Source: Bacilli bacterium (lineage in GTDB: Bacteria; Bacillota_I; Bacilli_A; RF39; UBA660). From it: a stretch of DNA of 37,014 bases. The stretch lies in the NCBI GenBank assembly GCA_045613165.1, contig JAZLAK010000093.1, forward strand, positions 1 through 37,014, in the 5' to 3' direction. Below, in pieces: positions 16,797-25,273 of the stretch. Position 1 is the stretch's first letter. Each line of letters starts with the position of its first letter. The position numbers were made by a program, and so were the translations under genes. The notes beneath the pieces were generated by a model. It saw only the letters and a program-made list of their open reading frames with translations. It searched no databases and was not told where the DNA came from.

Positions 16797-18821
16797 ATGG
16801 GAATATCGAAAAGTGATCTTATGCTTGAAAACAAAAAACTTGAAAGTACTATTGATATTATAAGAAACGAAATATCAAATCTTAGTACAGATCTTTATGA
16901 TAAGGAAACTAAATTACGAGAGTTTCAAACAATGATGTGGGATAATAGGGCAGAACTAGACCCAGCTGAAATGAAAACATTACGTACATCTAATGATATG
17001 GAAGTATTCTTTCTTGAACAAAAGGCTAAAAAGTTCAAGAAATTATACCAAATACAAAATAAACCTTATTTTGCAAGAATTGATTTTGATGGTAACGAAG
17101 GGAAAAATGAAGTTTATATTGGTATAACAAATGTAGAAAAAGACTTGAATTATTATGTATATGATTGGCGTAGCCCAATTTGTTCTATGTTTTATGACTT
17201 TGGTGTCGAAGATGCCTTCTATATTGCACCAGAAGGTAGAATTGAGGGCAAAATAACATTAAAAAGACAATATCAAATAAAAGACGCTAAACTAGACAAT
17301 GTATTTGACACTACTATTAATATAGATGACGATGTATTACAAAATGTTTTAAAAGAAAATAGTGGCGAACATATGAAAAATATTGTTAATACTATTCAAA
17401 AAGAGCAAAACTTAGTTATCAGAGATGATAAAACCAATAATTTAATTGTTCAAGGTATAGCTGGTAGTGGCAAAACAAGTGTAGCATTACATAGAATAGC
17501 TTATTTACTTTATAAAATAGAATATTTAAATAGTAATAATGTACTTATATTCTCTCCAAACAATATATTTCAAGAGTATATATCAAACGTATTACCAGAA
17601 CTTGGTGAAGACAACACTTTAATAACTACATTTCACGAATTTGCATCAACTTACATAAAAGAATATTGGAGAGTAGAACCATACTCAATGTTTTTAGCAA
17701 GATACTATAAAAACGAGTATCAAAATAATGATTTAATAAAATTTAAACTTAGTGATGAAATAGTACCTATCCTAGAAAATTATGCAAATACTATAACTAA
17801 TCTTTGTAGTTTCACCAAAGATATAGAATATAAAGAAACTATAATTGATAAAAATGAATTAAATGATTTATTAAAATCTAGATATGACAAATTTAACTTA
17901 TTTGTAAGATTTGATTATATTGCTGAAAAACTAAATAATAGATATTTCAAAGGCAAAAAACAAGATCAAGTTAGGATAAAATCTCTATTACTAAAATCAA
18001 TAAATGTTACAACAAATTTAAAAGATATTTATAAAGAATTTTTTGATAGTCAAGAATTCTTAAATGCATACAATGGATATTTTAATAGAAATGAAAATCT
18101 TAAAAATTTAAACAAAAAAGTATTAAATTACGAAGATGCTAGTTTATTTATATACTTAAAATTCTTACTAACTGATATACCATATAAAGTAAGTACAAAA
18201 TTAGTAGTAATCGATGAAGCACAAGATTATACCTACCTACAATATAAAATCATTAAAATGCTATTTAAAAACGCTAATTTTACTATATTAGGAGATATAA
18301 ACCAAACTATTAATCCATTCTATAAATATGATAATTTAAATATACTAAACTCTATATTTAATAATGGTACAAAATATATAGAACTTACTAAAACATATAG
18401 ATCTAGTAAAGAAATAATAGATTACAGCAACAAAATATTATCTCTTGATCATACATGTGCAGTAAGAAGAGAAAATAACATACCAGTTAAGGAGTATAAT
18501 GATTTAGATCATAAATTATTAATTGAAGAAATAAATAGATTAAAAAGTAAATATAATAATTTAGCTATAATAACAAAAAGTATAGATGAAGCTAACAGTA
18601 TTTACCAAAATATTAACGAACATATAGAAAATATAAATTTAGTAGACATAGATACCGAGAACTTTAATAAAAACTTGATAATTATTCCAGCATATGCAGC
18701 AAAAGGATTAGAATTTGATTCAGTAATTATCATAAATAATTTTAATAAAGATAAGTATTTGTATTATGTTGCTGTAACTAGAGCACAACATGAACTAATA
18801 ATATTTAATTCGACAAATTAA
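16797..18821 (+). CDS. helD: HelD-like UvrD/Rep superfamily 1 helicase (RNA polymerase-associated helicase IV family)
   Basis: It has an N-terminal coiled coil, then PYFARIDF...EVYIGI. Walker A is GIAGSGKTSVALHRIAYLLY, followed by VVIDEAQDY and C-terminal AKGLEFDSVII...YVAVTRAQHEL. RBS is GGAGGT. Confidence 0.8.
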   Translation: MGISKSDLMLENKKLESTIDIIRNEISNLSTDLYDKETKLREFQTMMWDNRAELDPAEMKTLRTSNDMEVFFLEQKAKKFKKLYQIQNKPYFARIDFDGNEGKNEVYIGITNVEKDLNYYVYDWRSPICSMFYDFGVEDAFYIAPEGRIEGKITLKRQYQIKDAKLDNVFDTTINIDDDVLQNVLKENSGEHMKNIVNTIQKEQNLVIRDDKTNNLIVQGIAGSGKTSVALHRIAYLLYKIEYLNSNNVLIFSPNNIFQEYISNVLPELGEDNTLITTFHEFASTYIKEYWRVEPYSMFLARYYKNEYQNNDLIKFKLSDEIVPILENYANTITNLCSFTKDIEYKETIIDKNELNDLLKSRYDKFNLFVRFDYIAEKLNNRYFKGKKQDQVRIKSLLLKSINVTTNLKDIYKEFFDSQEFLNAYNGYFNRNENLKNLNKKVLNYEDASLFIYLKFLLTDIPYKVSTKLVVIDEAQDYTYLQYKIIKMLFKNANFTILGDINQTINPFYKYDNLNILNSIFNNGTKYIELTKTYRSSKEIIDYSNKILSLDHTCAVRRENNIPVKEYNDLDHKLLIEEINRLKSKYNNLAIITKSIDEANSIYQNINEHIENINLVDIDTENFNKNLIIIPAYAAKGLEFDSVIIINNFNKDKYLYYVAVTRAQHELIIFNSTN

Positions 18822-18859
18822 ATAATCAGTTCTCAATATAATATTAGTGGTGATATTAT

Positions 18860-19294
18860 ATGAGAACTTTTTATGTGTTTAAATTAAATAAAAATTACAT
18901 AACTCCAGCTAAAAAAGAACCTTATAATATCTATATACTCTTAAATAGTATATATACATATAAAAGAAACGACATAAATATTCCATTTAATTTATTTAAA
19001 GAAATATGCATTCCAATAAATAGAGATTTTTTTAATAAATATTTTTATGATAAATTAAAAAGTAACGAAGGATATACAAAGTTTAAAAGTATACATATGT
19101 ATCATGATTATTTTACTGGGGAAGATAGTAAAATGATAGTTAATATAAGTCATATAAAAATAAAATCAAATATTGAGGAAAATATCTTTATAACAAATTT
19201 AATAGATGGACTTTTTATATGTGATTTTAAAAATAGTATATGTTATTTTTGTAATAAAAGTTATGATAGTAGAGTAGGATCTAAAGTGGTATAA
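18860..19294 (+). CDS. Hypothetical protein, possibly a SirA/YneE-like protein (synteny only)
   Basis: At 144 aa with a GTGGTGA RBS, it lies immediately upstream of yneF, the position that sirA (yneE, 148 aa) occupies in B. subtilis. Sequence resemblance is weak. Confidence 0.6.
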   Translation: MRTFYVFKLNKNYITPAKKEPYNIYILLNSIYTYKRNDINIPFNLFKEICIPINRDFFNKYFYDKLKSNEGYTKFKSIHMYHDYFTGEDSKMIVNISHIKIKSNIEENIFITNLIDGLFICDFKNSICYFCNKSYDSRVGSKVV

Positions 19295-19305
19295 AGAATA
19301 ATTTC

Positions 19306-19334
19306 TTGTATATCTTAAGATTATTTAGTATAAT
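19306..19334 (+). promoter_or_regulatory. Sigma-A promoter for yneF-yceD-rpmF
   Basis: TTGTAT (19306-19311), a 17-nt spacer, then TATAAT (19329-19334). The ORF-track TTG start at 19334 begins at the last base of this -10 box. Confidence 0.55.
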
Positions 19335-19354
19335 TGAATGGAGGAGTGATGATA

Positions 19355-19564
19355 ATGTTACAAGATATATTATTAGTACTTGTTGGATTAATTATTGGTG
19401 CTGTAGCAGGATTTTTAATCGCTAAAAGTTATATGCAAAAATATTTCAAGAAAAACCCACCAATAAATGAAAAAATGATAGAAACTTTAATGAGTGGTAT
19501 GGGAAGAAAACCAAGTCAAAAACAAGTAAAACAACTAATGCAACAAATGAACAAAATGATGTAA
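19355..19564 (+). CDS. yneF: UPF0154 family membrane protein YneF
   Basis: It has an N-terminal transmembrane helix followed by YFKKNPPINEKMIETLMSGMGRKPSQKQVKQLM, characteristic of UPF0154. GGAGGAG (19340-19346) is spaced 8 nt from ATG 19355. Confidence 0.8.
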   Translation: MLQDILLVLVGLIIGAVAGFLIAKSYMQKYFKKNPPINEKMIETLMSGMGRKPSQKQVKQLMQQMNKMM

Positions 19565-19565
19565 T

Positions 19566-19979
19566 ATGAAGTTAGATTTAAATTATTTAAATAGATTTAG
19601 TAAAATTAATATAGATGAGGATATTTCTTTAGATGGTGAATATTATAAAAATACTGAAATTAGAGATTTAAAAGATATTCATGTGTCTGGTATAGCGGAA
19701 ATAGATTTTGAGGATAATATTAATTTAGAACTAAATATAAAAGGATTAATGATTTTACCATGTGCAGTCACATTACAAGATGTAGAATATGAATTCGAAA
19801 CAGATATTGAAGAAAGTATAGGGAAATTCGAAGAAATTTATAAAAATAACAAAAATACACTTGAAATATCTTCAATTTTATGGGAGAATATTGTATTGGA
19901 AATTCCCATTCGTGTTGTGGCTGAGTGTGTAAAACCTTCCAACACATCTGGGGATGGATGGGAATTAATTAGCGAATAA
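19566..19979 (+). CDS. yceD: YceD/DUF177 family protein (large-subunit rRNA accumulation protein)
   Basis: It occupies the conserved position directly upstream of rpmF and carries the LPCAVTLQDVEYEF core. At 137 aa it is shorter than typical and lacks the usual C-terminal cysteine cluster. Confidence 0.7.
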   Translation: MKLDLNYLNRFSKINIDEDISLDGEYYKNTEIRDLKDIHVSGIAEIDFEDNINLELNIKGLMILPCAVTLQDVEYEFETDIEESIGKFEEIYKNNKNTLEISSILWENIVLEIPIRVVAECVKPSNTSGDGWELISE

Positions 19980-19997
19980 CGAGGAAGGAGTGATAAT

Positions 19998-20189
19998 ATG
20001 GCAGTTCCATTTAGAAGAACTAGTAAAACTAAAAAGAGAATGCGTCGTACACATTTAAAGAAAGAATTACCAGGAATGACTACTTGTACAAAATGTGGTG
20101 CAGCTATAAGACCTCATAGAGCTTGTACTGAATGTGGTAATTATAAAGGAAAAGAAGTAATTAAAGTTTCTAAAAAAGAAAACGAATAA
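19998..20189 (+). CDS. rpmF: 50S ribosomal protein L32 (zinc-ribbon form)
   Basis: [19 protein letters not shown] plus CTKCG...CTECG. Confidence 0.93.
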   Translation: MAVPFRRTSKTKKRMRRTHLKKELPGMTTCTKCGAAIRPHRACTECGNYKGKEVIKVSKKENE

Positions 20190-20191
20190 TT

Positions 20192-20216
20192 AAAAGCCCA
20201 ATAAAAGGCTTTTTTA
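20192..20216 (+). terminator. Rho-independent terminator after rpmF
   Basis: AAAGCC (20193-20198) pairs with GGCTTT (20207-20212), followed by a T-run. Confidence 0.7.
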
Positions 20217-20237
20217 TTTTTTTAAAGGGGGATATAT

Positions 20238-20882
20238 ATGAGATTAAGAGAACATAATATAGAAATCTTAAATTCATTAAGAAAAACAATAGTAGATAAT
20301 AATTTATCTAACCCATTATTAGTTTCAAGCAATAAAGAATATGCAGATAATTTAAAATCGCAAAAAAGAATAATGTATATTGGACAAGAAACGAATGGTT
20401 GGGAACTAAAAGATAACATAGATAGTATTGAAGAATGTTATTTAAACTTCTTATATAATGGCGCTTCTAATAGAGAATTTTGGAGATTTTTAAAATTAAT
20501 ACGTAATAAAGAAGAGATAAGTTTAAATGATATAATTTGGTCTAATGCATTAATATGTGGTAGATACGAAGAAAAGGGTACTCCAATAACTACTGATTTA
20601 TTAGAAGAAAAAAGTTTAGATAATTTAAAGTTCTTATATGATTTATTTAATCCTAATATGATAGTTATGGTTACAGGGCCAAATAATCCATATTATGAAA
20701 TAATACAAGAGTTCTTAAAACATATAAATTCATCACTAATAAATTTATATCCTACAACAAAAGATATGTTATTAATTGATGAAACAAAAAATATACATTA
20801 TACATACCATCCAAATTATTTGAATAGAAGAGGTAAGTTATTAGAATTATCAAAAATAATAAATTCATATTACATAAAATAA
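20238..20882 (+). CDS. Hypothetical protein with uracil-DNA-glycosylase-superfamily-like motif order (uncertain)
   Basis: There is a strong RBS (AAGGGGGA). Motifs occur in the same order and roughly the same spacing as family-4 UDG GExPG / N..KCRPP / HP..LLR: YIGQETNGW, then IIWSNALICGRY, then YHPNYLNRRG. No Fe-S cysteines are present. Confidence 0.65.
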   Translation: MRLREHNIEILNSLRKTIVDNNLSNPLLVSSNKEYADNLKSQKRIMYIGQETNGWELKDNIDSIEECYLNFLYNGASNREFWRFLKLIRNKEEISLNDIIWSNALICGRYEEKGTPITTDLLEEKSLDNLKFLYDLFNPNMIVMVTGPNNPYYEIIQEFLKHINSSLINLYPTTKDMLLIDETKNIHYTYHPNYLNRRGKLLELSKIINSYYIK

Positions 20883-20905
20883 ATTTAAAAAATGCATTTT
20901 TAGTA

Positions 20906-20934
20906 TTGCAAACTTAACTTTTATATGATATATT
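20906..20934 (+). promoter_or_regulatory. Sigma-A promoter for the tRNA gene
   Basis: TTGCAA (20906-20911), a 17-nt spacer, then TATATT (20929-20934). Confidence 0.55.
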
Positions 20935-20951
20935 AATAATGCATTTGTGAT

Positions 20952-21028
20952 GGCGGTGTAGCTCAGTTGGCTAGAGCGACCGGTTCATACCCGGTAGGTC
21001 GGGAGTTCGACCCTCTCCGCCGCTACCA
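20952..21028 (+). tRNA. trnM: tRNA-Met (anticodon CAT), elongator type, CCA encoded
   Basis: The cloverleaf was folded by hand. Acceptor stem is GGCGGTG/CGCCGCT, D arm GCTC-AGTTGGCTA-GAGC, anticodon arm ACCGG-TTCATAC-CCGGT, T arm GGGAG-TTCGACC-CTCTC, discriminator A, then CCA. The 5' half matches Bacillus elongator tRNA-Met rather than the initiator or tRNA-Ile2. Confidence 0.9.
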
Positions 21029-21037
21029 TTTGAAATT

Positions 21038-21061
21038 AACTAGAGCAATCTAGTTTTTTTA
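21038..21061 (+). terminator. Rho-independent terminator after the tRNA
   Basis: AACTAGA (21038-21044) pairs with TCTAGTT (21049-21055), followed by a T-run. Confidence 0.7.
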
Positions 21062-21072
21062 TTTGTTATAAC

Positions 21073-21102
21073 AAAAAAACATTGAGTAATTTAAACTCAA
21101 TG
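21073..21102 (-). terminator. Terminator of the aminopeptidase gene (bidirectional architecture)
   Basis: CATTGAGT (21080-21087) pairs with ACTCAATG (21095-21102). A7 lies upstream (T7 on the minus strand) and a T-run lies downstream. Confidence 0.7.
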
Positions 21103-21107
21103 CTTTT

Positions 21108-22307
21108 TTATATTTTAAATGAACCTTTATCGATTATTTTTATTAATTTTTTGTCTTCCGTTTCAGCAACGACTTCTAGATCGTCAGTGCCAATCATAAA
21201 GTCTACATGTGTTTTACTAAAATTCATACCAACTTCTTCTAAAGTTTTATCTGTTTTAATACAATCTAAGAAACCTTCACCTAATGCTAAGTGACAACTA
21301 GCATTTTCATCGTATAAAGTTTCATAAAATAACACTCCAGATTTACTAATAGGCGAATTAACATCAACTAATGCAACTTCTCCTAAATAGTCACCATTTT
21401 CTATTTCAATGATACTTTTTAATATTTCTTTGCCTTCCTCAGCATCATAATCAACAACTTTACCGTTTTCAAATCTTAACCAAAAATTATTGATTAAAGA
21501 ACTATTATAAATTAATGGCTTAGAAGCATAAACGATACCATTCGCTGTATATTTATTTGGAGTGGTAAATATTTCTTCACTAGGCATATTAACTATTATA
21601 GGCATATCATCTGTTGAATGTCCTCCAGCCCCACACCAAACATTATCAGTAAAACCAATTTCAAAATCAGTTCCTAGTTTATTCTTATACATTAACTTTT
21701 TAATCTTCAAAGCATTCATTTTTTCTGTAACTAGTTTATTCATTTCAATTTTCTTATCCCAAGCTTCAATCGGATTTGGGGTATTAACTAAACACATTTC
21801 AAATATCAAATTCCATAAATCTTCTTTAGGAGTAGGCGAGTTAGGTAAAACTTTTTTAGCCCATCCTAAAGTAGACACTGATGATATACACCAAGGGACT
21901 TCATATTTTAGTTGTCTCTCTTTATATAAAGGTCTTGAAGTTCTAAATAATTTACCAGTATAAGCAATTTTATCTTTATCTATATCAGACATGATATCAG
22001 GATCATCGCCATATAACATTAAGAAAGCAGCATCTTTCTTAGCATATTCATCAAAAATTGATTTATTAAATAACTTAGAATCTGTTAATTCCTCATTTGT
22101 TAAATGTTTTAATTCTTCATGTTTTAAAACATCATCAGTAAAATCAAAATGAATATCTTTTACTCCAGCCTCCAATGCAGTAGTAGCAACAATTCTAACA
22201 AAATCAATACATTCTACAGGTGCTGAAATCAAAAGTGGTTGATTCGGTTTAACAGATAAACATCTATTAACTAATAAATCAGCATATTTTTTAAAATTTT
22301 CATTCAC
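21108..22307 (-). CDS. pepS: M29-family aminopeptidase (PepS/AmpS type)
   Basis: The 399-aa product begins KYADLLVNRCLSVKPNQPLLISAPVE and shows the typical thermophilic-metalloprotease (M29) layout. Start is GTG with an AAGGAG RBS. Confidence 0.8.
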   Translation of the reverse strand: MNENFKKYADLLVNRCLSVKPNQPLLISAPVECIDFVRIVATTALEAGVKDIHFDFTDDVLKHEELKHLTNEELTDSKLFNKSIFDEYAKKDAAFLMLYGDDPDIMSDIDKDKIAYTGKLFRTSRPLYKERQLKYEVPWCISSVSTLGWAKKVLPNSPTPKEDLWNLIFEMCLVNTPNPIEAWDKKIEMNKLVTEKMNALKIKKLMYKNKLGTDFEIGFTDNVWCGAGGHSTDDMPIIVNMPSEEIFTTPNKYTANGIVYASKPLIYNSSLINNFWLRFENGKVVDYDAEEGKEILKSIIEIENGDYLGEVALVDVNSPISKSGVLFYETLYDENASCHLALGEGFLDCIKTDKTLEEVGMNFSKTHVDFMIGTDDLEVVAETEDKKLIKIIDKGSFKI

Positions 22308-22360
22308 ATTAATCTTCTCCTTAAAAATATTATCTCAATATATTTATATTTTTTCAATAA

Positions 22361-22996
22361 TTAGTCATTATATGTGTTTAAAGTTATCCGTTTATTTTTT
22401 ACTTCTATTAAACCTTCTTCTTTTAAATTCTTTAATTCTCTATACATTGCTGATCTATCTATAGCTAAATAATCTGCTAAATCTATATAATTATATGGTA
22501 AATATATAACTCTAGAATTATTTTTTCTAGACATAATTCTAAAATAGGCTAGTAGTTTGTTTCTAATAGTTTTATTTGTTAAGATTTCCATTCTTTCGTT
22601 ATTACTATTTATTTTTTTTGTAATAATATTTAATAAATTTTTTAAAAACTGATTAAAGTATGGATAGTTTAAATCATTATTTATAATTTCATCAAAATAT
22701 ATAATTATTATTTTAGAATCTTCTTTAGTTATAATACTATATTCATCATTATTTATCGAAGAAATTGTAGTACCGAATATATCATTTTCAAATAATTCTT
22801 CCATTATAGTTCTATTTCCATTGTAGTCTGTTTTTATAATTTGCAAATGTCCGTTAACAATAATACTTATAATATTTTCCTGCTTTACACTTCCTAAAAT
22901 AGTCATATTTTTTTTGAATGTAAGCGTGTGCGCTTCTAAATATGCGAGTATTTTTTCTTTTTCTCTGTTACTAATTCCATAAAAAAGTTCATCCAT
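22361..22996 (-). CDS. Crp/Fnr-family transcriptional regulator
   Basis: It has an N-terminal cNMP-binding-like beta-barrel and a C-terminal HTH (DLADYLAIDRSAMYRELKNLKEEGLI). No N-terminal Cys cluster of the E. coli FNR type is seen. Confidence 0.8.
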   Translation of the reverse strand: MDELFYGISNREKEKILAYLEAHTLTFKKNMTILGSVKQENIISIIVNGHLQIIKTDYNGNRTIMEELFENDIFGTTISSINNDEYSIITKEDSKIIIIYFDEIINNDLNYPYFNQFLKNLLNIITKKINSNNERMEILTNKTIRNKLLAYFRIMSRKNNSRVIYLPYNYIDLADYLAIDRSAMYRELKNLKEEGLIEVKNKRITLNTYND

Positions 22997-23014
22997 TTTA
23001 CACCTCTTAAGGAA

Positions 23015-23043
23015 ATAATATCACTTTTATTAAAATGTTGCAA
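23015..23043 (-). promoter_or_regulatory. Candidate promoter of the crp/fnr gene
   Basis: Read on the minus strand: TTGCAA (23043-23038, inside the palindrome), a 17-nt spacer, then TATTAT (23020-23015). Confidence 0.45.
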
Positions 23044-23052
23044 TTGCAACAT
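23035..23052. promoter_or_regulatory. Perfect 18-bp palindrome, candidate Crp/Fnr-family operator
   Basis: The sequence is ATGTTGCAATTGCAACAT. Its inner 16 bp have the TGT-N10-ACA geometry of CRP/FNR sites. It lies between the divergent crp/fnr and nrdD genes. Confidence 0.55.
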
Positions 23053-23072
23053 AATGATTGTTTAAAATGTTG

Positions 23073-23078
23073 TAGAAT
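23073..23078 (+). promoter_or_regulatory. Candidate -10 box of nrdDG (no recognisable -35)
   Basis: TAGAAT lies about 35 nt upstream of the nrdD ATG. The palindrome centre falls about 41.5 nt upstream of the implied transcription start. Confidence 0.4.
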
Positions 23079-23112
23079 GAAAGTGTACTAAAAATAGAAG
23101 GGACAATGAAGT

Positions 23113-25272
23113 ATGAAAGTAATAAAAAGAGATGGACATATGGTTGATTGGTGTCCAGAAAAAATAGAAATTGCTATAGAAAAGGCAAATAAAGAGGTAC
23201 AAGAGGAAGAACAAGCATCAAGTATTCAAATTAAAAATATTATTAAATATATTGAAGGATTAGGGAAAAAACGTATTTTAGTCGAAGATATTCAAGATAT
23301 TATAGAAATGAAATTAATGTCTATAGGAAAATATAATTTAGCAAAAAAATATATAACTTATAGATATACTAGAGAATTAGTTAGACGTAGTAATACAACC
23401 GACTTAGCTATCAAAGAATTAATTGATGGTGAAAATGAATATTGGAATACTGAAAATTCTAATAAAAATGCAAAAGTTGTTACAACTCAAAGAGATTATC
23501 TTGCTGGTATAACATCAACAGATATTACAAGAAGATTTTTATTACCAGAAGATATTGTACAAGCTCACGATGAAGGTGTAATTCATTTCCACGATGCAGA
23601 TTATTTTGCTCAAAATGCATTACATAACTGTGATTTAATTAACTTAGAAGACATGCTACAAAACGGTACAAATATTAATGGAGTAATGATTGAAAAACCT
23701 CATAGATTCTTAACTGCTATGACAATCGCAACTCAATTAATAACTGCTGTATCATCAAGCCAATATGGTGGATGTACAATTACATTAACTCATTTAGCAC
23801 CATTTGTTAGAGAAAGTTATGAAAGATATTTAGCTAAATATAAAAAACGTAAATTCACTAAAGCAGATTGTGAAAAGTACGCTAAAGAAGATTTAGCAAA
23901 AGAAATTACGGATGGAGTACAAACTTTTCAATATCAAATAAATTCAATGACTACAACTAATGGTCAAGCTCATTTCTTAAGTGTATGTTTATATTTAGGA
24001 GTAACAGATGAATATAAAGATGAATTAGCTATGATCATTGAAGAAGTTTTAAAACAAAGAATTGAAGGAATGAAAAATGAAAAAGGTGTATATATTACTC
24101 CAGCATTCCCAAAACTTCTTTATGTATTAGAAGAAGACAATATTAATCCAAAAAGTAAATACTATTATTTAACTGAATTAGCGGCCAAATGTACTGCTAA
24201 ACGTATGGTTCCTGATTATATTTCTGAAAAAGTTATGAAAGAATCAAAAATTGATGCTAATGGAAACGGTAACTGCTATCCATGCATGGGATGTCGTTCA
24301 TTCTTAACTCCATATTTAGATGAAAATGGGAAACCAAAATATTACGGTAGATTTAATCAAGGTGTTGTAACAATCAACTTAGTAGACGTTGCTTTATCAG
24401 CTGATAAAGACATGGACCTATTTTGGAGAATATTTGAAGATAGATTAGAAATGTGCCATAGAGCTTTACAAATAAGACATAAGAGATTAAGTAAAGCTAC
24501 TAGTGATGTAGCACCAATCTTATGGCAACATGGAGCTTTAGCCAGACTAAAAAAAGGTGAATCAATACATGATTTACTACATAATGGATATTCTACTTTA
24601 TCGCTTGGATATGCAGGACTTTATGAATGCGTTAAATTCATGACTGGAAATAGTCATACAGACGGTGGAAAAGGGCATGATTTTGCTATAGAAGTTATGA
24701 AAAAACTAAATGATAAATGTAAAGAATGGAAAGAAACGGAAAAAATTGATTATAGTGTTTACGGAACTCCAATCGAATCAACAACATACAAATTTGCTAA
24801 ATGTTTAAAAGAACGTTTTGGAAAAATTAAAGGAATTACAGATAGAGATTACATTACTAATTCATACCATGTACCTGTATTCGAAGAAATAGATGCTTTC
24901 ACAAAATTAAAATTAGAAAGTGAATTCCAAAAACTATCCCCTGGTGGAGCAATATCTTATATTGAAACTCCTAACTTAACAAATAACATTCCAGCAGTAA
25001 TGGAAATAATAAAATTCATTTACGAAAACATAATGTATGCAGAATTAAACACTAAATCAGATTACTGTCAAGAATGTGGTTTTGAAGGCGAAATCCTAAT
25101 AGACGAAAATCTAGAATGGTATTGTCCAAATTGTGGTAATAGAAACCACGATAAATTAAATGTAGCAAGACGTACTTGTGGTTATATTGGAACAAACTTT
25201 TGGAATAAAGGTAGAACTCAAGAAATTAAAGAAAGAGTTATGCATATAGATAATAAAGACGCTGAGGAGTAA
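23113..25272 (+). CDS. nrdD: Anaerobic ribonucleoside-triphosphate reductase (class III)
   Basis: It has an N-terminal ATP-cone (VIKRDGHMVDW...), a C-terminal zinc ribbon (CQECGFEG...CPNCGN), and the glycyl-radical motif RRTCGYIG. Confidence 0.95.
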   Translation: MKVIKRDGHMVDWCPEKIEIAIEKANKEVQEEEQASSIQIKNIIKYIEGLGKKRILVEDIQDIIEMKLMSIGKYNLAKKYITYRYTRELVRRSNTTDLAIKELIDGENEYWNTENSNKNAKVVTTQRDYLAGITSTDITRRFLLPEDIVQAHDEGVIHFHDADYFAQNALHNCDLINLEDMLQNGTNINGVMIEKPHRFLTAMTIATQLITAVSSSQYGGCTITLTHLAPFVRESYERYLAKYKKRKFTKADCEKYAKEDLAKEITDGVQTFQYQINSMTTTNGQAHFLSVCLYLGVTDEYKDELAMIIEEVLKQRIEGMKNEKGVYITPAFPKLLYVLEEDNINPKSKYYYLTELAAKCTAKRMVPDYISEKVMKESKIDANGNGNCYPCMGCRSFLTPYLDENGKPKYYGRFNQGVVTINLVDVALSADKDMDLFWRIFEDRLEMCHRALQIRHKRLSKATSDVAPILWQHGALARLKKGESIHDLLHNGYSTLSLGYAGLYECVKFMTGNSHTDGGKGHDFAIEVMKKLNDKCKEWKETEKIDYSVYGTPIESTTYKFAKCLKERFGKIKGITDRDYITNSYHVPVFEEIDAFTKLKLESEFQKLSPGGAISYIETPNLTNNIPAVMEIIKFIYENIMYAELNTKSDYCQECGFEGEILIDENLEWYCPNCGNRNHDKLNVARRTCGYIGTNFWNKGRTQEIKERVMHIDNKDAEE

Positions 25273-25273
25273 A

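Noticed and set aside
20883-21110. Considered whether the tRNA-Met locus is an integration hotspot or mobile-element border.
   Set aside because: No integrase or transposase is present. I saw no direct repeat of the tRNA 3' end in the flanks. Both neighbours have normal terminators. The AAAAATGCATTTTT palindrome (20887-20900) is too AT-rich and loop-less to mean much.
23030-23080. Considered whether these are tandem NrdR boxes upstream of nrdD, given two related elements 32 bp apart, which resembles NrdR box spacing.
   Set aside because: The sequences (ATGTTGCAATTGCAACAT and ATGTTGTAGAAT...) do not resemble the NrdR consensus as I recall it (acaCwAtATaTwGtgt). Only the first element is palindromic. 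The neighbouring Crp/Fnr gene is a more parsimonious binder. A motif scan with a proper NrdR matrix would settle it.
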